A DNA stretch of 64,000 nucleotides, taken from contig DATAWG010000122.1 in assembly GCA_036267355.1 (NCBI GenBank), positions 13,671 through 77,670 of the forward strand, read 5' to 3'. The stretch is from Pirellulales bacterium (GTDB taxonomy: Bacteria; Planctomycetota; Planctomycetia; Pirellulales; DATAWG01). How positions within the stretch are numbered: position 1 is the stretch's first letter; each line of letters opens with the position of its first letter. The position numbers and the translations under genes were made by a program. The notes under the pieces were generated by a model. The model did no database searches. It had not been told where the DNA came from and worked only from the letters and a program-made list of their open reading frames with translations. This document shows positions 53,583 to 63,240 of this stretch, piece after piece.

Positions 53583-55871
53583 CTAATCGACATCCAGGCG
53601 TTCGACGAACTCGGCGAATTCCTTCCTTTGCTTTTCTTGCTGGGCGGAGAGGGTCTTCAGTTCCGCGCGAGTCTTGGCGATCAGATCTTCTTGTTCGCCG
53701 AACATCTTGACATACCGCTTGAACAACTCCGACGACTTGTCGAGTTGCTGCATGTTCAGGCGAATACGCGATTGCTCTTCTCCAATTTCCGTGATCTGCG
53801 ATTCCGCTTGGGCGCGCTGTCTTAACAAATCGGTCCGGGCAGCCAATCGCGTCGACAATTCCTTGAACGCGTCCTTCACTTGCTGCGATGTGGCCGCGGC
53901 CGAGCTATACACCAGCAGCGCGCTCGTGTCGGAGAGCACGCCCAGCCGAACTTGCTGGAGCGATCGCCGTTGCTCCTCGACGGCCAAAGTCGCCGTCTTA
54001 TGCTCCGGCACATCGAGGGCGAAGCGGTAGGTGTCGCGCGATTGTTCGGCGAGGTTCTTGGTGGAAACAAGTTTCCAGTCGGAATCGATCGGCTGCTCGA
54101 TCAAAACATGCTTGGCTCGATCGCCCGAATTCTTCATCGTATATTCTCGCCGGCGGTTGATTTTGGTCGTGGCCTGGAGAACGCCGTGGACGATCTTTAC
54201 CAGCGTGAGTTCTTCCGATCGCATGTCGTCGCCGCTGGTCGCTTCGACATTCAGATCGAGCGCGTAGCTAATGAGCCGGCTGGCGCCCGGGGCGATATCT
54301 TCGATCTGGGCGTCGCCCGCGTATTCGCCCCCGTCGAACACCGTGATCGGCCCCTGCATCAAATGGAGCTTGGTCGTGTTGTGCAGCCAAAGTCCGGAGA
54401 GCGGATGTTTCGATTGATCCGCCGGATTGTAGATGGAAACGCGCTCACCTTTGATCGGTTCGTTGACGATCGGCAGCAGCGCCGATTGCGAATGGGCGAG
54501 CGTGACGGGAGTGCCGATGGCGTAGCGAAATAATGCGCCGACCTCTTCGGCTTTTGTCTTCGGAGCGACTCCCTTTTTCAAATCGAGAGTCATATTGGGG
54601 CCGGGTCCGCCGACGACCGGCACCACGCTGGTCACCATTGGTTCTCGATTGGTGCCGAACGAGCCGCCTGCACCGAAGCCGCCCACCCCCATCCCGGCGC
54701 TCATTCCTCCGGCGCCGCCAAGACCGCCCCCGGTTTGGAACTGGTTCTTGTTCCCCAGTCGAACCGGCTTTCCACCGATCCGCAAACCGGAGTCGCCCGT
54801 CAGGGCCTCGAGATCGGCCTTGCCCGACATGTCCTGGTCGTAAGTGTGGGAAGTGAGCGTGCCGAACAATTCCGGCGCCACCCACGGCCGATCGACATAC
54901 AGCGGTTCGTAGAGATCCATGAGGAACGAGATCGGCCGGCCGCTGACGAGCGTCACCGCGACGTTTTTCCAATCGTGCTCGGTCGTGTTTTCCACGACGG
55001 CCCAGCCTTGCAGAAGCGGCGCTTCCTTGTCGTCGAGCACGAGGCGGTAGCTGGTTTTCCACACCGGCGATTCTTGGATATAGCCGACGCGCACGGTCCG
55101 TTTTCCGGTGCCGGTGAAGTTCAGCGTGACGGCCTTTTTGTCGTTGGTGTGGGCCGAGGCCAACACGGCCAACGCATCCTGAAATTCCTTGTCGAGCTTT
55201 TCGTCGAGCAGGCGAAACTCGACGATCGAATTCAGCGGAATGCTGCGCAGGCCGGTGGCCGTCTTGAGGTTCAACACATCGATGGCCTGCATGCCTTCCT
55301 TGGCGGCCGGCACTTCGCGGCGCTCCAGTCCGACAACCGTTCCTTCGACGGGATTCGGCATCGAGATCGCCAAGCGTTGCCCGCGCAATTGGAGCAGCAA
55401 ATCGGCGATGGTCGGGTTGCGTGCCAGGTCGATTGAAAACGACTTCAATTGCTTGGCCAGCGGCTCGCGCGAACCGTAGGTGACGGTGGAAACATGGCCC
55501 TGCCCAAAATCCTGCACTACCATGCTTTTGAGTAGATCGTTGATTGCCGCGGTGTCGAACCGCATTTCGACCGTGCGATTGCCGTCGATTTCGCCGCTGT
55601 GCTCGAAAAACCCGACGCCCGAGCTGAACAGCACGACCCTTTTAAGCGGAAGCTCGGCAGTCGGCGGTTCGGCCGCCTGAAGTAGCATTCCGGCGGAACC
55701 GAGCCAAGCAATAAGGGAGCAGCCGATCACGAGCCCACGGCGGCTCGGCCGATGATTAACTTTTCCGTAGCCCCCTTTCCCCTTGCGGGAGACGGCAGGC
55801 TGAGGGGTTTGAAAAACGGAAGTTATTCTTCGGCCGAGCTTAAGACACGAGCGCGCAGCATGAGCGTCCAT
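53583..55871 (-). CDS. Large secreted protein, DUF4139-like (tentative), with a C-terminal coiled coil
   Basis: VVLFSSGVGFFEHSGEIDGNRTVEMRFDTAAINDLLKSMVVQD and later GWAVVENTTEHDWKNVAVTLVSGRPISF resemble DUF4139-family proteins. The start is uncertain: a REP element (55771-55843) lies inside the N-terminal extension, and a GTG at 55730 is an alternative start. Confidence 0.55.
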   Translation of the reverse strand: MDAHAARSCLKLGRRITSVFQTPQPAVSRKGKGGYGKVNHRPSRRGLVIGCSLIAWLGSAGMLLQAAEPPTAELPLKRVVLFSSGVGFFEHSGEIDGNRTVEMRFDTAAINDLLKSMVVQDFGQGHVSTVTYGSREPLAKQLKSFSIDLARNPTIADLLLQLRGQRLAISMPNPVEGTVVGLERREVPAAKEGMQAIDVLNLKTATGLRSIPLNSIVEFRLLDEKLDKEFQDALAVLASAHTNDKKAVTLNFTGTGKRTVRVGYIQESPVWKTSYRLVLDDKEAPLLQGWAVVENTTEHDWKNVAVTLVSGRPISFLMDLYEPLYVDRPWVAPELFGTLTSHTYDQDMSGKADLEALTGDSGLRIGGKPVRLGNKNQFQTGGGLGGAGGMSAGMGVGGFGAGGSFGTNREPMVTSVVPVVGGPGPNMTLDLKKGVAPKTKAEEVGALFRYAIGTPVTLAHSQSALLPIVNEPIKGERVSIYNPADQSKHPLSGLWLHNTTKLHLMQGPITVFDGGEYAGDAQIEDIAPGASRLISYALDLNVEATSGDDMRSEELTLVKIVHGVLQATTKINRRREYTMKNSGDRAKHVLIEQPIDSDWKLVSTKNLAEQSRDTYRFALDVPEHKTATLAVEEQRRSLQQVRLGVLSDTSALLVYSSAAATSQQVKDAFKELSTRLAARTDLLRQRAQAESQITEIGEEQSRIRLNMQQLDKSSELFKRYVKMFGEQEDLIAKTRAELKTLSAQQEKQRKEFAEFVERLDVD
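55771..55843. repeat. REP-like element homologous to 37764-37836
   Basis: CCCCCTTTCCCCTTGCGGGAGACGGCAGGCTGAGGGGTTTGAAAAACGGAAGTTATTCTTCGGCCGAGCTTAA. Confidence 0.75.
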
Positions 55872-56047
55872 TTCGGGGGCTCCTCAGAAAACGGTGGGAT
55901 TGCAAAAAGACACTGTTCCGATTCGGCGAGATTTCGCCGTGCGATATTCTAAGACGACGGCGCGGCCGTTCGCAACTTCCCCGGCAATGCGCTACCGCCG
56001 CAGGTCAGACTTTCCGGTCGGACGAACGCTTACGAATAACGTGCCAT

Positions 56048-56071
56048 GTCAGGCTGGAAAGCCTGACCTAC
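56048..56071. repeat. Small REP hairpin GTCAGGCT-GGAA-AGCCTGAC-CTAC (second copy)
   Basis: Identical to 35440-35463. Confidence 0.85.
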
Positions 56072-56178
56072 GAGAAACACAGCAGCTTGCAATGTGGTGG
56101 CCAGACGCCTAGCATCAAGCGCACGGGCCGAGGGCAAGAAAACCGCTCGATGCAAAGCCGAGCCGAGGAGGCACTCCC

Positions 56179-57003
56179 ATGTCGCGACCAGGGATCGATC
56201 GGACGATTCGCGTTTTTGCGTTTGCACTTGCCGCGGCATCGCTGATGCTCGCCGCGGCGACGTGCCGGGCACAAGCGGAAATCCAAACTACGCAAACCGT
56301 CGAACACGAACGATCGATTCGCGCGGCACTCGAACGCACCATGTCGTTCGATTTCAGGGAAACGCCTCTCAAGGACGTGGCGGCGGCACTCGAGCGCGCC
56401 CTAGGCGTGCCGATCGTGCTCGACTCGAAGGCTTTGAACGACGCCGGCGTCACCGACGACACAACGTTTACCTTCAGCAAGTCGGGCATTTCCGCGCGGG
56501 CCGCCTTGGACAGCATGCTGGCGTCGAAGGACTTGAGCTGGATCATGCAACGCGATCTGCTGGTCATCACCACCGCCGATGTGGCAAAAGCCTATGTCGT
56601 GGTCCGTGTTTATCCGGTTGCGGATTTGGTGTTCATCGAACACGCCGACGCCTACGACGCCGATTTCGATTCCCTGATCGAGGTGCTTACGAGCACGATC
56701 GTGCCGCAAAGCTGGGACAGCAACGGGGGCGCCGGATCGATCGCGCCGTTCGTCGAGGCAGGCGCGCTGGTCGTCAGCCAAACGCGGGAAGTTCACGAAC
56801 GCATCGAGGCATTGCTGGCGCGGCTGCGCGCGGTGCGAGATCAGCAAGGATTACCGACCGCGCTGAAAATCGTCGGCTCGAGCGCCGATACGGCGTCTGG
56901 AGGGGTCGTTTCGGTCGAGGAAACACCCGCCAACGTGGCTGCGCAACCCACGCAATCGGCGACGCCGCGAGCCCGTTGGCAATTGCCGCGAGTTTATCGG
57001 TAG
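56179..57003 (+). CDS. Secreted hypothetical protein with an STN/secretin-N-like segment
   Basis: GAGGAGG lies 8 nt upstream of the ATG. Signal IRVFAFALAAASLMLAAATCRAQA. FDFRETPLKDVAAALERALGVPIVLD is an STN-like beta-alpha motif. Confidence 0.6.
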   Translation: MSRPGIDRTIRVFAFALAAASLMLAAATCRAQAEIQTTQTVEHERSIRAALERTMSFDFRETPLKDVAAALERALGVPIVLDSKALNDAGVTDDTTFTFSKSGISARAALDSMLASKDLSWIMQRDLLVITTADVAKAYVVVRVYPVADLVFIEHADAYDADFDSLIEVLTSTIVPQSWDSNGGAGSIAPFVEAGALVVSQTREVHERIEALLARLRAVRDQQGLPTALKIVGSSADTASGGVVSVEETPANVAAQPTQSATPRARWQLPRVYR

Positions 57004-57042
57004 GGACGTACGAAGAAGTGCGTTCGGTGTGCCGAGGCATTC

Positions 57043-57110
57043 CCGCGCTGACGCTTCGGGCTAGTTTCCCGTTGGGAACACACATACTAGCCCGAAGCGT
57101 TAGCGAGGGG
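57043..57110. repeat. Solo inverted pair of the 'TAGCCCGAAGCG' family
   Basis: CCGCGCTGACGCTTCGGGCTAGT - 20 nt - ACTAGCCCGAAGCGTTAGCGAGGGG. Single half-sites also occur near 4272-4292, 5636-5656 and 58288-58310. Confidence 0.8.
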
Positions 57111-57197
57111 GCGATGCGCGAAATCGGAAGCGAGCCGCTAAGCGTCGATCGGGAGACGGCGTGATCCCGGCCGCATCCTATTCCCTCACCCTTCCGC

Positions 57198-58037
57198 CTA
57201 CTTCGTCGCATCGAGGCCGTCGGCCAATTTGCCGAGGGCTTCGGTTTCGATCTGACGGACGCGCTCGCGCGTCAGCCCGAGCGATTGGCCGATTTCCTTG
57301 AGCGTGCGCGGTTCTTGATCTTCGAGGCCGAAGCGCATTCGCAGAACCGTCGCTTCGCGGCTATCCATCGTTTTGAGCATCGCCATGACGTGCGTGAGAT
57401 TGTCGTGGGCGAGCATCGTGTCTTCCGGGCTTTTGAGATTTTCGTCCATGATCATCTCGCCGAGCGACCAGCCCGCCTCGGTCTGATCGGTTTGCGGCGT
57501 GGAATTGTAGATGCGGATTGCTTTCTTGATGATCGGCAGCTTTTTGCGCGCGAGGCCAAGCACGCGGGCGATTTCTTCGGGCGTCGGCGTGCGGCCGAGT
57601 TCTTCGGTCAGCCGTGCGCTGGCCCGCCGCCATTTCGAGAGCAGTTCGACCATGTAGGCCGGGATGCGGATCGTCTTGGCCGAGTTGATCAGTGCCCGCT
57701 TGATCGACTGCTTGATCCAGTAGCTGGCATAGGTGCTGAAGCGGGTGCCCATCGCGGGATCGAACCCTTCGACGGCCCGAAGCAGGCCGAGATTGCCTTC
57801 TTCGATCAGATCTTGAAGGCTGAGGCCTTTGCCGGTGTAGCCGCGGGCGATATTCACCACCAGCCGCAGATTGGCCCGCACCATGCGGTCGCGGGCCCGG
57901 GTGTCGCCCAGGCCGATGGCCATGGCGAGTTCTTGTTCGTCGTTGGCCGAGAGGAGGGCCGTTTCGTTGATTTCGCGGAGATAGGTTTCCAGCGGAGTCT
58001 GAACGGCGGCGGAGGATTTGCGTCGCGGTGCGGCCAT
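57198..58037 (-). CDS. RNA polymerase sigma-70 family factor (regions 1.2, 2, 3 and 4 present)
   Basis: The internal ATG at 58037 gives MAAPRRKSSAAVQTPLETYLREINETALLS. Also RLVVNIARGYTGKGLSLQDLIEEGNLGLLRAVEGFDP..G.RFSTYASYWIKQSI and LKEIGQSLGLTRERVRQIETEALGKL. Confidence 0.9.
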   Translation of the reverse strand: MAAPRRKSSAAVQTPLETYLREINETALLSANDEQELAMAIGLGDTRARDRMVRANLRLVVNIARGYTGKGLSLQDLIEEGNLGLLRAVEGFDPAMGTRFSTYASYWIKQSIKRALINSAKTIRIPAYMVELLSKWRRASARLTEELGRTPTPEEIARVLGLARKKLPIIKKAIRIYNSTPQTDQTEAGWSLGEMIMDENLKSPEDTMLAHDNLTHVMAMLKTMDSREATVLRMRFGLEDQEPRTLKEIGQSLGLTRERVRQIETEALGKLADGLDATK

Positions 58038-58515
58038 AATTGGAAACCGGCGGTCGGGAGTGGGCGGGGAACGAGCAAGGGTGTCGATCGCGACAAACAA
58101 CCTATCGACGCGCGCAAGCCGGTTTCTCCATTCGCCTTGCCGAGCGACAAGGTGCGCCGAATGTAGGCGAGGTTCGGACGGTGCGGAAAAGACGGCCTCG
58201 GCCGATTGCACCCAGCCGAGCACTGCGCCGCAAGTTCGGAATGCCGGTTATGCGAGAAATGCGGGTGCCGGCCAAACGAACGAACACAGGCCCGAAGTGT
58301 CAGCGAGAAGGGGGGCGAAACGCGGGCCGGAGCGCGTCCGGTCGAACGTTCGATGGGGGCCTGCGAAGGCTGCCCGTCGCGGCCGGTTCGTCGCCGCGAG
58401 GTGGAGTCGCCTTGTGCGTCGAGCCGTGGTCTGTGTCGCTCATTCATCGTAGAATGGGCATCGGACGGCGCTCGCCGGTCGGTGGATCGCAAATCCGGCG
58501 TAAGTGACTACTGTC

Positions 58516-58581
58516 GAAGCGAAAGCGTGGCATCCAATTGTGAAGCGTTGAAGCGAAAGCGTGGCATCCAATTGTGAAGCG
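58516..58581. repeat. Tandem direct repeat, 32-bp unit x2 (34-bp period), upstream of the hybrid histidine kinase
   Basis: GAAGCGAAAGCGTGGCATCCAATTGTGAAGCG at 58516-58547 and 58550-58581, identical. Confidence 0.9.
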
Positions 58582-58697
58582 AGCCAACAAATCCATTTCC
58601 CGCATTGGAACGCGTTGCCTCGTGGTGAAATCAAAGCAGCAAGTTATGCGTGCGACGAACGCATGCCCGATTGCCGCTGCGTAAATAGCAGACCGCA

Positions 58698-60680
58698 ATG
58701 AGTCGTTTCATGATCCCAGGTATGGTTTCCCCCCACGAAGCCCAGGCGATGCTTGCCGCGATCGTCAGCTCGTCTGACGATGCGATCATCAGCAAAGACA
58801 TGAACGGCGTCGTCCGCAGCTGGAATCAATCCGCCGAACGTATCTTCGGCTACACGGCGGAAGAGATGGTCGGAAAGCCGATTACCGTGCTGTTCCCACC
58901 CGAGCGGCTCGACGAAGAAAACGAAATCCTGGCACGGCTCCGACGCGGCGAACAAATTGATCATTTCGAGACTGTCCGCCTACGTAAAGACGGCACGCCC
59001 GTCATCATTTCCGCCACCATATCACCCATTCTTGATCCGCAGGGAAAGTTGATTGGAGCGTCCAAGGTCGCCCGAGATATCAGCCGAAATGTCGAACTAG
59101 AAGGCCGATTTGAGGCGATCATCGCCTCTTCCGACGACGCCATCATCAGTAAAGACCTCAACGGTGTCGTGCATAGTTGGAATCGATCTGCCGAGCGGAT
59201 GTTCGGATACAGGGCGGAGGAAATTATTGGCAAATCCATTACCATTCTATTTCCACCCGATCGGCTTGACGAGGAGCCGAAGATTCTAGAACAGCTACGC
59301 CGGGGACAGCGTGTGGACCACTTCGAAACGGTCCGCGTCTGCAAGGATGGACGCAAACTGGATATTTCGGTCACCATATCTCCCATCAAAGGGCCAGCCG
59401 GGCAAATCATCGGGGTTTCCAAGGTCGCCCGCGACATTACCAGCATCAAACGTGCTCTGCGTGAACGGGAAGAACTGCTCAAACGTGAGACGGCGGCCCG
59501 CTCCGAAGCCGAACGCGTCAGCCACATGAAGGACGAGTTTCTTGCGACTCTCTCGCACGAGCTGCGCACGCCGCTGAATGCCATTCTTGGTTGGGCAACA
59601 ATTCTCCGCGCTGAGCACACCCCCACTCCTGATGTGTTGGAACAGGGCCTCGAAACGATCGAACGCAATGCGCGCGCTCAAGCCCAGCTGATTGAAGAAC
59701 TGCTCGACATGTCGCGCATCATCAATGGCAAATTGAGGCTCGACGTGCAATCCGTCGATTTGGAAGTCGTCATCAGCGAGGCCGTCGAGTCCCTTCGTCC
59801 AGCGGCAGAAGGCAAAGGCATTCGCCTCACCAAAGTTCTCGATCACAAGGGCGCGCCGATCACCGGCGATCCGAATCGACTTCAACAGGTTCTCTGGAAT
59901 CTCCTCTCCAATGCCATCAAATTCACACCGAGAGATGGGCGCGTCCAGGTATTTCTACGCCGCATCGACTCCCACGTGGAAATCCATGTTGTGGATTCCG
60001 GTCAGGGAATTTCAGCGGATTTCTTGCCGCATTTGTTTACGCGCTTCTCGCAAGCCGATACTTCGATCTCTCGTCAATACGGCGGTTTGGGACTCGGATT
60101 GGCGCTGGTCAAATCGCTCGTCGAATTGCACGGCGGCAGTGTCAAAGCTTCCAGCGAAGGTCTCGACCAGGGCGCAACGTTCATCGTGTCGCTGCCGCTG
60201 ACAGCGGTCTGCCATGAGGATCGAGAGCCGATCCTGCCGCCTGACCCCTCGACCGCTGCAACGGGTGCAATCCCCGACCTGCGCGGATTTCATGTATTAG
60301 TGATCGACGACGAGCCCGACGCGCGTAGCTTAATCCAGCATATCCTCGCAAAATGCAATGCGACCATCAGGACCGCCGCCAGCGCAGCCGAGGGCCTCGA
60401 AGCGGTCAAACAGTATCAACCGGATATGATTTTAAGCGATATTGGACTCCCCTCCGAAGACGGTTATGAATTTCTGGCGAAACTGCGTAAGCTTTCCGAT
60501 GCTGAAGGCGGCGATACGCCTGCCGTCGCGCTGACCGCATTCGCTCGTGCGGAGGACCGCCGTCGTGCCCTAATGGCCGGCTTTCAGATGCACCTCTCCA
60601 AGCCCGTCGATTCTGCCGAACTTGTCGCGGTTGCTTTGAATCTCTATACCGCCAGTCGCCGCGCGAAAGCACGCACGTGA
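58698..60680 (+). CDS. Hybrid sensor histidine kinase/response regulator (PAS-PAS-HisKA-HATPase-REC)
   Basis: Two PAS repeats (SSDDAIISKD.NGVV.SWN.SAER.FGY.AEE..GK.IT.LFPP.R). H-box SHMKDEFLATLSHELRTPLN. N/G boxes NLLSNAIKFTP and DSGQGI...GGLGLGLALV. Receiver VLVIDDEPD...MILSDIGLP...LSKP. Confidence 0.9.
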   Translation: MSRFMIPGMVSPHEAQAMLAAIVSSSDDAIISKDMNGVVRSWNQSAERIFGYTAEEMVGKPITVLFPPERLDEENEILARLRRGEQIDHFETVRLRKDGTPVIISATISPILDPQGKLIGASKVARDISRNVELEGRFEAIIASSDDAIISKDLNGVVHSWNRSAERMFGYRAEEIIGKSITILFPPDRLDEEPKILEQLRRGQRVDHFETVRVCKDGRKLDISVTISPIKGPAGQIIGVSKVARDITSIKRALREREELLKRETAARSEAERVSHMKDEFLATLSHELRTPLNAILGWATILRAEHTPTPDVLEQGLETIERNARAQAQLIEELLDMSRIINGKLRLDVQSVDLEVVISEAVESLRPAAEGKGIRLTKVLDHKGAPITGDPNRLQQVLWNLLSNAIKFTPRDGRVQVFLRRIDSHVEIHVVDSGQGISADFLPHLFTRFSQADTSISRQYGGLGLGLALVKSLVELHGGSVKASSEGLDQGATFIVSLPLTAVCHEDREPILPPDPSTAATGAIPDLRGFHVLVIDDEPDARSLIQHILAKCNATIRTAASAAEGLEAVKQYQPDMILSDIGLPSEDGYEFLAKLRKLSDAEGGDTPAVALTAFARAEDRRRALMAGFQMHLSKPVDSAELVAVALNLYTASRRAKART

Positions 60681-60793
60681 CTTTCGCTCGACGAGTTGGG
60701 GCGTTGCAAGCGGACTTCGCGGGAATTCGAAAATCGGCACGCTAGAGCGTGAACTCCAACGAAGGTTGTTCCCGACAGCGCCGAGCAACTGGT

Positions 60794-60840
60794 GAAAAAA
60801 AACGGCGTCGCTGCCGAATGAAAATCGGCAGCGACGCCGT
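60794..60840 (-). terminator. Rho-independent terminator of rpsA
   Basis: Perfect 16-bp stem ACGGCGTCGCTGCCGA / TCGGCAGCGACGCCGT (60802-60817 and 60825-60840) with a 7-nt loop. On the minus strand the hairpin is followed by T8 (A-run at 60795-60802), 35 nt after the rpsA stop. Confidence 0.85.
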
Positions 60841-60874
60841 GAATACGCGGTCTCGTTCAAGAGCCATTGCGCAC

Positions 60875-62674
60875 TTATTCGCGCGGTTCGGCGGGGCCGA
60901 TCAGCGGGCCGCTCTTGCCGCCCACGCCGCCTTTAAGCTCCACCGGCGGAGTCGAGGGGGCGGATGCGGCGGCGTGCTCGGGCTCGCGACCGTTTTCGCT
61001 GCCTTCCGCTTCTTCGGCCCATTCGACTCGTTTGCGCGATAGGCCGATCTTGCGCTCGTCGGTATCGACGCGCAAAATCTTCACTTCGATCTTGTCGCCG
61101 ACTTTGACGATTTCTTCCGGATTCTCGACCTTATGGTCGGCCAGTTCCGAAATGTGGAGCAAACCCTCCAGGCCATCTTCCAGGCCGACGAACACGCCGA
61201 AATTGGTCAATTTCGTGACCGTGCCGGTGACAAGCTGGCCGGGCTGATACTTGTTGGGAATCGAGCCGGCCCAGGGATCTTCTTCAAGCTGCTTGCGGCC
61301 CAGCGCGATCCGCCGCCGCTGCTGATCGACCGAGAGCACCTTGCATTCGATCTGCTGGCCTTTTTCCACGACTTCGCTGGGATGGCTGATCTTGCGCGTC
61401 CACGACATATCGCTGACGTGCAGCAGCCCGTCGATCCCTTCTTCGATCTCGATGAAGGCGCCGTAGTTGGTGAGATTGCGCACGGTGCCTTTGACGATTG
61501 TGCCGGGCGGATACCGGTCGGCCACCTTGTTCCAGGGGTTTTCCTGGGTCTGCTTCATGCCCAGCGAAATCTCCTGCTTCTCCTTGTTGATGCCGAGCAC
61601 GACGACATTGATTTCGTCGTCGATGTGCACCAATTCGTTGGGATGGCTGATCCGCTTGGTCCACGACATTTCGCTGATGTGCACGAGCCCTTCGATGCCC
61701 TCTTCGAGCTTCACGAAGGCCCCGTAGCTCATGACGTTGACCACCGTGCCCTTCACCACCGAGCCGACCGGATACTTGTTGCCGACTTCTTCCCACGGGC
61801 TGGCGCTCTTCTGCTTCAGGCCGAGGGCGATCTTTTCGCGCTCGCGATCGATGTGCAGAATTTGGACTTCGATTTCCTCGTCGATATGAACCATCTCCGA
61901 CGGATGGCCGATGCGGCCCCAACTCATGTCGGTGATATGCAGCAGGCCGTCGATGCCGCCGAGATCGACAAACGCGCCGAATTCGGCGATATTTTTGACC
62001 GTGCCCTTGCGGATCTGGCCGACGGCGAGCGTATCGAGGAGTTGCTTCTTCTTTTCGGTCCGTTCCTGTTCGATCAGGGCCCGGCGGCTGACGACGATAT
62101 TCCGCCGCGCTTCGTCGATTTTCAACACGATGCACTGGATCGTGCGGCCGACGTAGTCGCCGATATCGGCGGGCCGGCGGATATCGACCTGGCTGGCGGG
62201 CAGGAACACGTTCACGCCGCTGACATCGACCAGCAAGCCGCCCTTGATCTTGCGTGTCACGACGCCGGTGACGACGTCGTTTTCGTGGACGGTCTCCATG
62301 ACCTTCATCCAGTCTTCGATCTTGCGGGCTTTGCGCTTGCTGAGCGCGATCATGCCGCGCGGCTCTTCCAAGAGTTCTTGCGAGCCTTCGACCTCTTCGA
62401 CCAGAACTTTGATGACCTGCCCGACTTGGGGCGGCTCTTCATTTTCGTCCCATTCGTTGCGCGGGATTTGCCCTTCGCTTTTGTAGCCGACGTCGAGGAG
62501 GACGAAATCGTCGTCGACGCGCAAGATACGGCCATCGACGACGGAATTGACGGCCAGATCGCCGCCGCCCCATTCGAATTGATCGCCGGTGCCGCCGGCC
62601 ATGGCCGCTTCGAGCTCGCGGTCCAGCTCTTCGCTATCGACATCGAGTCCACGGATAAGATTACGATTCACCAT
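60875..62674 (-). CDS. rpsA: 30S ribosomal protein S1 (six S1 domains)
   Basis: Six repeats of the S1 motif (G..v.G.V......GafV.l..gi.Gl.hisems...). 599 aa with an extended Gly/Pro-rich C-terminal tail. Confidence 0.95.
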   Translation of the reverse strand: MVNRNLIRGLDVDSEELDRELEAAMAGGTGDQFEWGGGDLAVNSVVDGRILRVDDDFVLLDVGYKSEGQIPRNEWDENEEPPQVGQVIKVLVEEVEGSQELLEEPRGMIALSKRKARKIEDWMKVMETVHENDVVTGVVTRKIKGGLLVDVSGVNVFLPASQVDIRRPADIGDYVGRTIQCIVLKIDEARRNIVVSRRALIEQERTEKKKQLLDTLAVGQIRKGTVKNIAEFGAFVDLGGIDGLLHITDMSWGRIGHPSEMVHIDEEIEVQILHIDREREKIALGLKQKSASPWEEVGNKYPVGSVVKGTVVNVMSYGAFVKLEEGIEGLVHISEMSWTKRISHPNELVHIDDEINVVVLGINKEKQEISLGMKQTQENPWNKVADRYPPGTIVKGTVRNLTNYGAFIEIEEGIDGLLHVSDMSWTRKISHPSEVVEKGQQIECKVLSVDQQRRRIALGRKQLEEDPWAGSIPNKYQPGQLVTGTVTKLTNFGVFVGLEDGLEGLLHISELADHKVENPEEIVKVGDKIEVKILRVDTDERKIGLSRKRVEWAEEAEGSENGREPEHAAASAPSTPPVELKGGVGGKSGPLIGPAEPRE

Positions 62675-63240
62675 AAATGACTGCTTTTACTTTCGCTTGG
62701 CCGGTCTCGCGGCGTACTTATTGGCGACGGCGAGAAACAAGTCGGGCTGGCAACCGCGGGCAATTGTTGGCGGATCGGAGCGGGACTGTGTTTCCCGTTG
62801 ACTGGATCCGCAAAGCCCAACGTCCGAGAGATCGGACGCTTTGGTCGGCCACCTTCGCCCCCGAAGACCCGGCGAAAGATGCCGAGCCGGCCGGAATGAA
62901 AAAATGCCAATTTTCGGCTCCGGACTCCCCGCGCGAGGAATCAACCAACGGCCGCCAAAAGGAACCCAATATAATACCGGCCCCGGCAAGGCCCGGCAAT
63001 GGGAACTTGGGCAGGATAAATCCATAGCAAATCAATTCTCAATCGCTTCCAGCCGAACACCATACTCGTCGTAGGCGATCGACCACTTCGCGCATCTCGG
63101 TTCTGGTAGCGGTCGCCTCCGAACACGAAACGTGGCTGGTTGAAATCGCCTCCCGCGATCGGTTAGAGTGGTGCTGGCAATTTATCGTCGCGCCCGCGAT
63201 TGTCCGACCCGCCCGCCACCCCGCCCAGAGGATCCTTGCC

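Noticed and set aside
58526-58545. Sigma-54-like TGGCAT-N5-TTGT inside the 32-bp tandem repeat
   Set aside because: The spacing between the GG and the TTG(C) element is one nucleotide short, the -12 element is TTGT rather than TTGC, and no enhancer-binding protein gene is nearby.
61133-62680. 515-aa plus-strand ORF
   Set aside because: It is antisense to rpsA (six S1 domains). It has low-complexity Asp/Ala/Phe-rich mirror-frame sequence.
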